From NCBI GenBank assembly GCA_934691225.1, contig CAKUSQ010000001.1, positions 600,001 to 632,000 on the forward strand: a stretch of 32,000 bases of DNA, given 5' to 3'. Shown piece by piece: positions 1-9,339 of this stretch (positions are counted from its first letter, which is position 1; each line of letters begins with the position of its first letter). The notes below the pieces were generated by a model, which did no database searches, had not been told where the DNA came from, and was given only the letters and a program-made list of their open reading frames with translations. This stretch comes from an uncultured Opitutales bacterium. GTDB lineage: Bacteria; Verrucomicrobiota; Verrucomicrobiia; Opitutales; UBA9783. The position numbers and the translations under genes were made by a program.

Positions 1-1
1 T

Positions 2-604
2 CGTTTAGTGGAGACAACCTCAGGAGAAATTTTTTTCGAAGGTACAGACATTTTAAAGTTAAGTACAAGAGCATTTTTTTCTTATCGTAAAAAAATACAG
101 ATGATTTTTCAGGATCCTTTTGGTTCACTTAATCCTCGAATGACGATAGAGCAGATATTAAATGAGCCTCTTAAGATTCATTTTCCTACTATGCCTAAGG
201 CTGAAAGGCATCAACGCGTTATAAAATTACTGGAACAAGTTTGTTTGCCGCAATCAGCATTGGATCGATATTCGGATGAGTTCAGTGGTGGACAACGGCA
301 GCGCATAGGAATTGCTCGTGCATTGGCAGTTGAGCCGCAACTTATTATTTGTGATGAACCAGTAAGTGCTTTGGATGTTTCAATTCAAGCGCAAATCATA
401 AATTTACTAAAGGATTTGCAAAAAGAATTAAAGCTAACGTACATATTTATTTCACACGATATGGCTGTAGTTCGTCACATGAGTGATCGTGTTGCAGTTA
501 TGCAGAATGGGAAAATTATTGAAGAAGCTTCAGCGGATACAATATATAAATGTCCTGAAAACGTATACACAAAGGAACTTTTGCAAGCAGTTCCTGAACT
601 TTAA
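2..604 (+). CDS. Oligopeptide/dipeptide ABC transporter ATP-binding protein (OppF/DppF-like), 5' end cut by the window edge
   Basis: ABC signature FSGGQRQRIGIARAL, Walker B LIICDEPVSALD, H-loop ISHDM, and an Opp/Dpp-type C-terminal tail (IYKCPENVYTKELLQAVP). The frame is open back to base 2, so Walker A lies upstream of the window. Confidence 0.85.
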   Translation, partial: RLVETTSGEIFFEGTDILKLSTRAFFSYRKKIQMIFQDPFGSLNPRMTIEQILNEPLKIHFPTMPKAERHQRVIKLLEQVCLPQSALDRYSDEFSGGQRQRIGIARALAVEPQLIICDEPVSALDVSIQAQIINLLKDLQKELKLTYIFISHDMAVVRHMSDRVAVMQNGKIIEEASADTIYKCPENVYTKELLQAVPEL

Positions 605-658
605 GGTTTAAAAGTTTTATCTTGCGTTGTATTAAGAGAGAATATACATAAGTGTAGT

Positions 659-1540
659 ATGCGAACATTAAAGTTTGGGTTAATATTAAGTTTAATGGCA
701 TGGATGAATTGTTTTGGTGAGGATATTCCTGCCAAGCAAACAATGACATTAGGTGTTGTTCAGGGAATTACAGAATTTTTACCGGTGTCTTCAACCGGAC
801 ATATGATTTTGGTGAATGAAGTAGGTTTTCATTCAAAAGAACAATCGCAGCGCGTACAGTCCGCTTTGGATAATTATATGGTTTGCATTCAGTTAGGAAC
901 CATTTTAACCTTATTGTTGTTTTATCGGCGCGATGTAATTCGAATTTTTAGAGGATGTTTAGGGCGCGATCGAGATGGGTTTAATTTAGGATGGAATTTA
1001 GGGATTGCTTTTATCCCCGCGGGTGTTATTGGATTTTTGTGCGATAATATTATACAGCAATATTTTTATGGTAAAATATGTGTGGTATTAGCTCTCATAT
1101 TGGGCGGTTTTGTTATTTTTTGGCTTGAAAATTTTAGAGCGAAACATCGACCAATTATAACAGATATTTATGATGTATCTATGAAGTCAGCTTGGATTAT
1201 CGGCATGTTTCAAGTGATTGCATTATGGCCAGGATTTAGTCGATCTTTAGCCACTATTATGGGATGCCTTTGTGTAGGAATGTGTTTGAAATCAGCTATA
1301 CACTTCAGTTTTTTGTTGGGTTTATTGACATCAAGTGTAGCTACATTGTACAAATTTTTAAAGCATGGAGCCGAAATTTTTGAAACGATGGAGGGAATAG
1401 CAGCTTTAGGGGGTGTATTGGTTGCATTCTTGGTAGGAATGTCTACAATTCATATTTTTCTTTGGTATTTACGGACGCACGGATTAAAAATTTTTGGTTA
1501 TTATAGGATACTTATAGGGGTAATTTTGAGTATTTGTTGA
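659..1540 (+). CDS. uppP: Undecaprenyl-diphosphatase (UppP/BacA)
   Basis: Signature GVVQGITEFLPVSSTGHM near the N-terminus and a second conserved block QVIALWPGFSRS. The ORF is polytopic and hydrophobic, 293 aa. An alternative later start (ATG 743) is possible. Confidence 0.85.
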   Translation: MRTLKFGLILSLMAWMNCFGEDIPAKQTMTLGVVQGITEFLPVSSTGHMILVNEVGFHSKEQSQRVQSALDNYMVCIQLGTILTLLLFYRRDVIRIFRGCLGRDRDGFNLGWNLGIAFIPAGVIGFLCDNIIQQYFYGKICVVLALILGGFVIFWLENFRAKHRPIITDIYDVSMKSAWIIGMFQVIALWPGFSRSLATIMGCLCVGMCLKSAIHFSFLLGLLTSSVATLYKFLKHGAEIFETMEGIAALGGVLVAFLVGMSTIHIFLWYLRTHGLKIFGYYRILIGVILSIC

Positions 1541-1648
1541 AAAAAGCTGGACATTTATATAAAAATTTGTCAATTATATTCTTGATTTTACAAATAAATG
1601 AAATACCCTGTGTAAATTTTGTTTGTAAAGGTTTAATATCGATGTCCA

Positions 1649-2986
1649 ATGGTAGAAAAAAAAGCAGCTATAAGCAAAAACATACAACCTTCGTTTGCGT
1701 ATTTGATAGAGAAAAAACGCGAATGTGAAGAATTTTCGGATAGCGAAGTTCGTTATATTGTTGAATCTATTTTAAATAACACTATTCCTCCTCACCAATT
1801 AGCCGCGCTCATTATGGCTATTTATTTTCAGGGGCTATCGGCGCAGGAAACAGCTGTTTTAACAGAAGAAATAATGCTGTCAGGGGAAGTGGTTGATTTA
1901 ACCGATGTTGGTATGCCAAAGATTTCACTTTATGGAATTGGCGGTGTAGGTGATAAAAGTAATCTTGTTTTGACGCCTCTAGTGGCTGCGTGTGGTGTTA
2001 TTGTGCCATCTGTTATTGGAGAAGATGAAAGTTTTATTTTTGGTAATTTAAGAAAGTTGCAGTCGATCCCTGGTTTTAAGGCAGATATAAGTGTTAAAGC
2101 ATGTATACAACAACTTAAGAAAGTGGGTTGTTGTTTTTGTGCACAACCTAAACAGATTGCACCTGTGGATCAGATTTTGAATGAAATGCGTCAATCAACA
2201 GCTACGATTGCCAGCATTCCGCTTATCACCAGTGGCATTTTGAGCAAGCGATTAGCCGTTGGCTCGGAGAATTTGGTAGTTGATGTAAAATGGGGCAATG
2301 GATCGTTTTTGAAGGATGTTGAGCAAGCCAAGCAGTTGGCGCGCGTTATTACACGTGTGGCACGTTCATTGCAGAGGCGTTGTGTAGCTCTTGTAACAGA
2401 TATGAATCAGCCTTTGGGAGATTCTATTGGAACCAATTTGGAAATTCAAGAAACTATAGAATTGTTGCATGGACGTGGAAGTGAAGATTTAAAAGAATTG
2501 ATTCTGAAATTGGGTATGGAAATGGTTCGCTTATCGGGTGTTTCAGGTTCAACTTTATCGGCTAAACAAACGATTTTGCGCCATTTGAGTGACGGTTCAG
2601 CTTTTGAAAAATTTAAAGAAATGGTGGCAGCACAAGGGGGTGATACCACGTTTATTGATCATCCTGAAAAATTCCCGAAAGCCAAATATATTCGTAAATT
2701 GGCTGCTCCAAAACGAGGATATATTCATGCCATTAATGCGGGTATGTTGGCAAAAGGGGTTGATATTTTGATGAAGCCAGATGATTCAGGAGTAGTGGAT
2801 ACGTCTGTTGGTGTTACACAATTGAAGAAGATTGGTGCGCAAGTTAAGCAGGGGGATGCATTGATGATGATTCACTATAATGATCATTCGCGTTTGGATA
2901 CAGCTTTGGAATATTTGCGTTCAGCGTATCGCTTAGCTCCAAAACGTCCTACATACGCTGATTTTATTGTCGAACGTGTTGCCTAA
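1649..2986 (+). CDS. Thymidine/pyrimidine-nucleoside phosphorylase family protein, divergent (phosphate-binding motifs not conserved)
   Basis: Collinear by eye with E. coli DeoA and Geobacillus PyNP over the full length (445 aa): GGVGDK..LVAACG, SIPGF, SIPLITSGILSKRL, VVDVKWGNGSF, LVTDMNQPLG, and a PYNP_C-like C-terminus. KHSTGG is replaced by LYGIGG, and SGRGLGHTGGTLDKLE by VIGEDESFIFGNLRKLQ. Confidence 0.8.
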   Translation: MVEKKAAISKNIQPSFAYLIEKKRECEEFSDSEVRYIVESILNNTIPPHQLAALIMAIYFQGLSAQETAVLTEEIMLSGEVVDLTDVGMPKISLYGIGGVGDKSNLVLTPLVAACGVIVPSVIGEDESFIFGNLRKLQSIPGFKADISVKACIQQLKKVGCCFCAQPKQIAPVDQILNEMRQSTATIASIPLITSGILSKRLAVGSENLVVDVKWGNGSFLKDVEQAKQLARVITRVARSLQRRCVALVTDMNQPLGDSIGTNLEIQETIELLHGRGSEDLKELILKLGMEMVRLSGVSGSTLSAKQTILRHLSDGSAFEKFKEMVAAQGGDTTFIDHPEKFPKAKYIRKLAAPKRGYIHAINAGMLAKGVDILMKPDDSGVVDTSVGVTQLKKIGAQVKQGDALMMIHYNDHSRLDTALEYLRSAYRLAPKRPTYADFIVERVA

Positions 2987-3353
2987 GAAAAAATTTACGC
3001 CGCAAATTCTAAGGCTTATTTCAGACTTTCGAGGAATTCCTGAATCGTCTACGGAGATGCCAATGTCTTTGCCGGTTACTTTTTCTGATGCTTTTCGAAA
3101 AGCTTTTGTAAAAAAGTTGCCTTCAGATGAACGTATAAGAAGCTTTGATCTTCTGAATACATATTGGAAGGATTGGTTTCAAGGGACCGATTTTTTAATG
3201 TGTGTACCAGAATGCATTGACAAATGGAATTGCTTGTGGATCAAAGCACCTAATGCTATTGTTCGTCAAAGATTGCAATTCAAGACGGTTTACTTTTTAA
3301 ATACTATAAATCACTTTTTGCCCATGGTTATCAAAGAAATTCGATGGGCTTAA
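2967..3353 (+). CDS. Small DUF721/DciA-like protein (tentative)
   Basis: The C-terminal pattern WKDWFQGTDFLMCVPECIDKWNCLWIKAPNAIVRQRLQFKTVYFLNTINHFLPMVIKEIRW fits the DUF721 layout (W..G...t.p..i....L.v.v.......L......il..in......i..i.f). The track start is a TTG overlapping the upstream gene by 20 nt; ATG at 3057 is an alternative start. Confidence 0.4.
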   Translation: MSNVLPKKKFTPQILRLISDFRGIPESSTEMPMSLPVTFSDAFRKAFVKKLPSDERIRSFDLLNTYWKDWFQGTDFLMCVPECIDKWNCLWIKAPNAIVRQRLQFKTVYFLNTINHFLPMVIKEIRWA

Positions 3354-3379
3354 AGTTTTTTGAAATATCTTTAGAAGAA

Positions 3380-4801
3380 TTATAGCAAACTTCTTAAATA
3401 TTTATCAACTTTATCAGCATTGATAATTCCGTAATTGATGGTACCTAACCAGCCGGACATGATGATGCCAACAGATCCAGAATGGTAAAGTCCAGCAACG
3501 TGATTCGGAAGTTCCATAGAAATTTTTAACCCTTCAAATTTTGTGCCAAAAGAAGCGCCTTCAAGATGTTGAGTATAACGATAGAATGTTTTAGGAGTAG
3601 CGACCTCTATCCAGCCAAGTTTACTTTTAATATGGGGAATAAAACGATCCAATGATTGAAGCGTCTGTTCTTGCAGCTGTTCTTTAGCTGTTTTGTAGTC
3701 TTCATCGGACATGTTAGCCCAGTCTTTCCAAAGTGCGTTGGTAGAAGCGACAATGGTGTACCGAGGTGTTTTACTTTCTGGTCGAATGCTAGGATAATAA
3801 ATAGAAAATGTGCGACTTTTTGTGTGAAATGATTTTAATTCGGCACTTGAAAAATTAGGTTCATCCGATGTGAAAATTAGATCACCGATTTCAGGAAAAC
3901 TTTCACCTTCTTTAAGTCCCATGTAAACTTGACAAGAACTGTTATTTAGACGAACTGCTTCTGCTGCTTTTTTGAAATTAGTATCTAGGGTTTGTGGTTC
4001 GAGCCATTTTAAGAGGGTCGTTTTTAGATTGGCGTTAGAAACGATGGCTTTACAAGCGATAGAAATGCCATTGACCTGTAGCCCACAGATGGTTGGAATT
4101 CCATTTTTGGACTGTGTAAATATTTTTTCGACCTGGGATCGTTTAGCAATATCAACGCCATTTTTTTGTAACTCTGTGGTCATTGATTGAATGAGCTTAT
4201 CGGTTCCTCCTTTAAATGTAAAGACACCTTTGCTCATAAAATTTGAAAAAACAATGCCGTAAGTTATGGCTGGGTCATCGAGTGTCGAACCATTGGCGTA
4301 AGTGATAGGTTCCATAAGAAGACGATGAACATCAGGACGATTAGGAAAGAATTCTTCAAATAATTCACCCGTGGTACGATGATCATTGTCGTAAAAATTC
4401 ATGCCACGCAAGTGGTTAAAAAACTTTTCAACTGTTTCTAATGGAATTTTAAATAAATGTGTAAGTTTATCGGTGAAATCAATACGATCAAATGTTGTTT
4501 CAAAGTTAAATTGTGGATTGACAAAACGAATATGTGGTAATTGAACAATAGAATTGGCTATTTCGGGTGTCCAATAACGGCGGCAAGATTTAATCATTCC
4601 AATAGGAAATCCATGTAAAGAGACATCAAATGTATATCCGCCTGGACGCTTGAAATAGGCTGCTAATCCTCCACATTGAAAATGTTGCTCAAGCAAAAGG
4701 ACTGAATATCCCATCTTAGCTAAACCGTTTGCAGCGGTTAATCCTGATAAACCACTACCAATTACACAGACATCATAGGCTTGTTTAAATTGCCAATCCA
4801 T
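3380..4801 (-). CDS. NAD(P)/FAD-dependent oxidoreductase, phytoene-desaturase (CrtI)-like family
   Basis: N-terminal Rossmann dinucleotide motif [37 protein letters not shown]. Size and C-terminal [12 protein letters not shown] fit amine-oxidase/CrtI-type flavoproteins. Start moved to ATG at 4801 ([17 protein letters not shown]) because the 52-aa upstream extension in the track would bury the Rossmann motif. Confidence 0.7.
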   Translation of the reverse strand: MDWQFKQAYDVCVIGSGLSGLTAANGLAKMGYSVLLLEQHFQCGGLAAYFKRPGGYTFDVSLHGFPIGMIKSCRRYWTPEIANSIVQLPHIRFVNPQFNFETTFDRIDFTDKLTHLFKIPLETVEKFFNHLRGMNFYDNDHRTTGELFEEFFPNRPDVHRLLMEPITYANGSTLDDPAITYGIVFSNFMSKGVFTFKGGTDKLIQSMTTELQKNGVDIAKRSQVEKIFTQSKNGIPTICGLQVNGISIACKAIVSNANLKTTLLKWLEPQTLDTNFKKAAEAVRLNNSSCQVYMGLKEGESFPEIGDLIFTSDEPNFSSAELKSFHTKSRTFSIYYPSIRPESKTPRYTIVASTNALWKDWANMSDEDYKTAKEQLQEQTLQSLDRFIPHIKSKLGWIEVATPKTFYRYTQHLEGASFGTKFEGLKISMELPNHVAGLYHSGSVGIIMSGWLGTINYGIINADKVDKYLRSLL

Positions 4802-4963
4802 TTTTTTATTTTTTGAAATTAAGTTTCTTTTATGTAAGGTGATATCTGAAAAAACTGCAAAACTTTTTTGTAAAAATTTGTGTTTTGGATTTAAATGGTA
4901 AGAATTTATGAAAATTAAGCTTGTCGTGAATGCAGATACATTGCACCATAAACACAACTTTGT

Positions 4964-7108
4964 ATGAAAATTAATCGGTTAATAGGCACGTTATGCTGTT
5001 TTATGGCGTTGAATGTGAAATTCAACTTACAAGGAACGCCCATGTTATCATCAGATTTACCTATTGTCTATGATACCAAAAATAAGTGTTCTGTGGCACA
5101 AGGAAATGCAGAGTTTACCACCGATAATTTACGTTTACAATCAGATTGTATTTATTATTTTTCCGAGAATGCAAAAGCTTTAGCTAAGGGAAGGTTACGT
5201 ATCACAAACCCGCAGTTGCGTTTATCAGGTAATGAAGGTGTTTATTGGATTTCTGATAAAAAAGTCGAAATGGATACGTTTCGTTTAGAGGTAAAAGGTC
5301 ACAATGTTAGTGGTAAAAACTTGCAAGGGCCCTTAGATTGCCTAACAGCAGAACAAGTTTGTATCGATTATAATGGTGTGCAAAAGGATTTAGTTGGAGT
5401 GCATATTACGGCTAAACAGGGTGTATTGCATGGGCATGATTACTTTGAATTGTACGATTCTGTTTTACATATAGGACAATTGCCAGTTTTTTATAGTCCT
5501 TATTATCGACATGATTTTGATAAGTCAATGTTGCGATGGAAGTCGCATTGGTCATTGATTCAGCGCAATAAAACTTATGGACGTTATGTGCGCAATGATT
5601 TGTTGTTAGATTTTGGATGGCGTGTTAAGCTTGGGATAATGTTCGATTATTATCGTAAGCGCGATTTTTTATTAGGAGGAATACTTGAATATAATGAAGA
5701 TTGGGGACACGGTTCTTTTAAGGCAGCACGTATCCATGATAAGGCTTTAAGTAAGTATCCGACTAATAATTCGAGTTTAAAAAATGCACGTTACTTTTCT
5801 GAATGGCGTCATCAAGGATCTTTAGGAGATTCAATGGATATGGCTGTCCAAATGGATTGGATGCGCGATAAAGATTTTTTAAAGGATTTTCGTCCAGATG
5901 AAAATGATGGAACGCGGCAGCATCCTGATAATTTTGCTGAAATTTCGCATCGTACTGATAATGCTGTTACAAGCGTTATAAGTCGATTTCGACTTAATCG
6001 TTTTCAGCATATTCAAGAACGTTTGCCTGAAGTAAGGTGGGAGTATTTACCGGTAAAATTGGAAGGTACGCCGTTGTATTATCAGTACGGTGTAGGCGTA
6101 AGTCATTTGCGTGAAAAACCTATAAGTCGTGTAGGAAATTCAGAAAAAGAATTACGGCGTACAGATATGTTTTTGGGGTTAACCGCCCCTTTAAATGTCT
6201 GTTCATGGGCTACGTTTACTCCTGTAGCTAGTACGCGTATGGCACATTATTGGCATTTAGATCAATCGCCAAAGCATCATACGTATACGCGATGGTTAGG
6301 GCAATTTGGATTTGATCTTCGGTTTCACGCTTATGGGGAGTATTCTTATAATAATGATTATTGGAATATTCGTAATTTTCGCCATATTATTCAGCCAGTT
6401 GTTCAATATCGTTATTTGCCTCATGGAAAGCAAGGGAATAGTTTTATTTCGAGCATTGATCGTGAAGGTGTCGAAGGAGGAAAACCATCGCTTCAATCTA
6501 TTGATTTGTTAAATCGGCGCGATATAGATTCGTTAAATGATATGCATTTATTGCGATTGGGAATTGAAAATTTTTTGTATACGAATTACGAAAAAGGTGA
6601 AGCGAAGGAATGGTTGTATTTCAATATTTACCAAGATATTCGGCTCCAACGTGATTTGGAAGGTAATGTGAAACAGAAAAAACTGACAGATACATTTGCC
6701 GATTTGGGGTGGTCACCGGCTTCATTCTTTTCTTTTAATCAATATTTGCGTGTTGATCCGACGAATAAACGTTTGAATGAATCCAATACATCTGTTTCGT
6801 TTAAAGAGAATGATCTGTGGACGTTGTCTTGTAGTCACTCTTATACTCGAGATGGAGGTAGTTTTGTTAATCAGAATACGTTAGGTTTATCATATCGGAT
6901 CAATTCAACAAATGTGGTTTCGGCTTCTGTAAGTTTCGATGCTCATAAGCGTGACTTGATTTCACAAACGTATACATGGTCAACAATAATTGCAAAAACG
7001 TGGAAATTTGATTTGATTTTTAAATGGAAAAAGAGGCAACGTCCTTTAACCAATGTACGTGATGTAAGTTGGGATGTTCGATATATTATAGAATTTATTC
7101 AGTGGTAA
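4964..7108 (+). CDS. lptD: LptD/OstA-family outer-membrane beta-barrel protein (LPS-assembly protein-like)
   Basis: Signal-like N-terminus ([18 protein letters not shown]) and an OstA-like N-terminal segment. The C-terminal two thirds are long and rich in aromatic residues, Asn, Asp and Arg. Includes the LptD-like motif [10 protein letters not shown] and a terminal aromatic residue (..EFIQW) typical of OMP beta-signals. Confidence 0.55.
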   Translation: MKINRLIGTLCCFMALNVKFNLQGTPMLSSDLPIVYDTKNKCSVAQGNAEFTTDNLRLQSDCIYYFSENAKALAKGRLRITNPQLRLSGNEGVYWISDKKVEMDTFRLEVKGHNVSGKNLQGPLDCLTAEQVCIDYNGVQKDLVGVHITAKQGVLHGHDYFELYDSVLHIGQLPVFYSPYYRHDFDKSMLRWKSHWSLIQRNKTYGRYVRNDLLLDFGWRVKLGIMFDYYRKRDFLLGGILEYNEDWGHGSFKAARIHDKALSKYPTNNSSLKNARYFSEWRHQGSLGDSMDMAVQMDWMRDKDFLKDFRPDENDGTRQHPDNFAEISHRTDNAVTSVISRFRLNRFQHIQERLPEVRWEYLPVKLEGTPLYYQYGVGVSHLREKPISRVGNSEKELRRTDMFLGLTAPLNVCSWATFTPVASTRMAHYWHLDQSPKHHTYTRWLGQFGFDLRFHAYGEYSYNNDYWNIRNFRHIIQPVVQYRYLPHGKQGNSFISSIDREGVEGGKPSLQSIDLLNRRDIDSLNDMHLLRLGIENFLYTNYEKGEAKEWLYFNIYQDIRLQRDLEGNVKQKKLTDTFADLGWSPASFFSFNQYLRVDPTNKRLNESNTSVSFKENDLWTLSCSHSYTRDGGSFVNQNTLGLSYRINSTNVVSASVSFDAHKRDLISQTYTWSTIIAKTWKFDLIFKWKKRQRPLTNVRDVSWDVRYIIEFIQW

Positions 7109-7109
7109 A

Positions 7110-8171
7110 ATGAAGCTTCCTGAAAATGTAATGTTATCTACGCTCATGCATCGAGAATTATTATCGGGCAATGAGGATGAAAAAAGTGTTTATTTAGTAA
7201 GATTGTCCATCCCAGATGAAACCTGTTTGTTTGAACCTGGGGATGTTGTTTTCATTTGTCCAGAAAATAATCCCAAGTTGGTATCACGTGCACTGGCTAT
7301 TTTGCAAGCAAATGCAGAAGCAAAGGTATTGAATGAAGAGGGTGTACCGATATCCTTGGGAGAGGCTTTAAAATCGCAATATGAATTGCGTTTGCGTTCA
7401 AGTGTTTTAGCTTCTTTTGGAGGAAAAGAAGATGACTTTTGGTCATGTTTGGCTGATTTGCGTGCGCAAAAAAAGGATGATTTTTGCGAACAGAATGTTT
7501 TAGAATGGTTAAAACCCATGAGGCCACGTGCTTATTCTATCGCTTCTGCACAAAAATGCCTTCCTAATGCTCTGGAATTGGTTGTTGGTTTAGTCACATT
7601 TCGGGATGTAAAAGGAGGCGTTTGTGAAGGGCTTTCAAGTGGATTTTTATGCAGGCGTTTGAAGGTGGGAGATACGGTAAAAATTTACGTAAAACCTTCA
7701 CGGTTTAGATTACCAGAAGATGCAACGCGGCCGGTCATTATGGTGGGTCCAGGAACAGGTATTGCACCGTTTAAAGCATTTTTGGAATATCGTAAAGTGA
7801 CACAAGCTTCAGGTCCTAATTGGTTATTTTTTGGGGGACGGCATCGTGCAAATGATTTTATTTTACATGATTTTTTAGAAGATTTGCAAAAAAATAAATG
7901 TTTAACGCGTTTGGATTTGGCATTTTCACGCGATCAAGCGTTTAAGATTTATGTGCAAAATCGGATGGAAGAGCATTCAAAATTACTCTGGGATTGGTTT
8001 CGGCAAGGTGCGTATTTTTATATTTGTGGAGATGCAAAACATATGGCGAAAGATGTAGAAACTACCTTGTTATCAATTATTCAAAAGGAAGAGCATCTAA
8101 CTTTGGAAGAAGCACAGACTTATTTGAAAGATTTGCGTATGGCAGGTCGTTACCAAAAGGATGTTTATTGA
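7110..8171 (+). CDS. CysJ-like FAD/NADPH-binding (FNR-type) reductase module, without the flavodoxin domain
   Basis: RAYSIASA (RxYS FAD motif), GPGTGIAPF (NADPH site), and YICGDAKHMAKDVE...GRYQKDVY, which closely matches the E. coli CysJ C-terminus. At 353 aa it covers only the FAD/NADPH half of diflavin reductases. It starts 1 nt after the lptD-like stop. Confidence 0.8.
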   Translation: MKLPENVMLSTLMHRELLSGNEDEKSVYLVRLSIPDETCLFEPGDVVFICPENNPKLVSRALAILQANAEAKVLNEEGVPISLGEALKSQYELRLRSSVLASFGGKEDDFWSCLADLRAQKKDDFCEQNVLEWLKPMRPRAYSIASAQKCLPNALELVVGLVTFRDVKGGVCEGLSSGFLCRRLKVGDTVKIYVKPSRFRLPEDATRPVIMVGPGTGIAPFKAFLEYRKVTQASGPNWLFFGGRHRANDFILHDFLEDLQKNKCLTRLDLAFSRDQAFKIYVQNRMEEHSKLLWDWFRQGAYFYICGDAKHMAKDVETTLLSIIQKEEHLTLEEAQTYLKDLRMAGRYQKDVY

Positions 8172-9274
8172 TGAAAGCTTATGCTATTTATAATACACCA
8201 GAAAATGATTTGAATTTGTATTATTGGGGGCGTTTTTCATCGCCGGATGCTTTTTTTGCATTAAAACTTGAAAATAAGACATTTGCATTTGTTTCTGAAT
8301 TGGAATATGGCCGTTGCAAGCAAATGGGGTGTTTTAGTGAAGTTTTTTTGTGGTCGGAAGTAAAAAAACAGTTTAAAAAAGGTGCCTTTTGGCCTTCATT
8401 TTTTTCTTTTTTGCAAGAAAAGTACGCTATTGATACGTTTATTGTTCCTGATAATTTCCCTGCTTCCATATATTCAAGTATTTGCAAAATCGTTAATGTG
8501 GAATTTGATGAAGTATTTTTTAAACTTCAGCGTACTATTAAAACGAATGAGGAAATTTCAGAGATTAAAAAAGCTTGTCGATTGACAGCAGATACGATAA
8601 GTTTTGCGAGAAGTATTTTAGGTGAAAGTCGTATGGTTCAAGACGTATTGTATTGGAAAGACAAAATTTTAACGTCGGAACATTTACGATCTATGATGGA
8701 AATTTATTGCCTTGAACGGGGAGGTTACAGTGCAGGTACTATCGTTGCTTGTGGTGAAGAAGCTGCCAATCCACATTGTCAAGGATCGGGTCCTATCCAA
8801 GCGCATCAATTGATAGTTATTGATTTTTTCCCGCGTTTGCACTCCTCGCATTATTATGGTGATATGACACGTACGTTTGTGAAAGGTAAAGCCTCTACAG
8901 AACAATTAAAGTTATATCATTGTGTTTTGGAATGTCAACGTGCATTGATTTCAAAAATTCGTGCAGGTGTTTTGACATCACATTTACAAACGTTTGCGTT
9001 AGATTTCTTTGAAAAGCATGGTTATGGATTAAGAAGGACGTCGAATACATTCGAAGGATTTATTCATAGCGTAGGCCATGGTTTGGGTTTAGATTTGCAT
9101 GAGTATCCTTCTGTGGGTGCTCAACCTATTGAATTAAAACCGGGGATGGTAATAACCGTAGAACCAGGTTTGTATTTTAAATCCTTAGGTGGTGTTCGTA
9201 TAGAAGATGATGTTTGTGTTACCGAAAATGGTTGTGAAATTTTATCGTCGTTAGGATACGAACTTGAAATTTAA
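8171..9274 (+). CDS. M24B family Xaa-Pro aminopeptidase/dipeptidase (PepP/PepQ-like)
   Basis: All five M24 metal ligand contexts are present: [41 protein letters not shown]. Start set at ATG 8171, which overlaps the upstream TGA by 1 nt. The longer track ORF (7994) runs through the cysJ-like gene in another frame. Confidence 0.8.
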   Translation: MKAYAIYNTPENDLNLYYWGRFSSPDAFFALKLENKTFAFVSELEYGRCKQMGCFSEVFLWSEVKKQFKKGAFWPSFFSFLQEKYAIDTFIVPDNFPASIYSSICKIVNVEFDEVFFKLQRTIKTNEEISEIKKACRLTADTISFARSILGESRMVQDVLYWKDKILTSEHLRSMMEIYCLERGGYSAGTIVACGEEAANPHCQGSGPIQAHQLIVIDFFPRLHSSHYYGDMTRTFVKGKASTEQLKLYHCVLECQRALISKIRAGVLTSHLQTFALDFFEKHGYGLRRTSNTFEGFIHSVGHGLGLDLHEYPSVGAQPIELKPGMVITVEPGLYFKSLGGVRIEDDVCVTENGCEILSSLGYELEI

Positions 9275-9339
9275 GTTTAGTTCAATAAGAGTGTGCAATT
9301 TCTCTTGAAAAAATTAGGGAAATTTCATAAAACCACTTT

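Noticed and set aside
1534-1728. 64-aa ORF spanning the uppP / phosphorylase-like intergenic region
   Set aside because: It overlaps the start of the well-supported 1649 ORF in another frame, has no motif and no Shine-Dalgarno sequence, and its composition is that of AT-rich spacer.
7994-8170. Long N-terminal extensions in the ORF track. They cover 7994-8170 for the peptidase, 4802-4957 for the oxidoreductase, 12343-12405 for gltX, 14880-14921 for xthA, 16753-16800 for the MBL gene and 18318-18359 for nusA.
   Set aside because: The extensions overlap neighbouring genes or promoter-like DNA, several start at non-ATG codons, and they displace conserved N-terminal motifs from their usual position. 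Internal ATGs give canonical N-termini.
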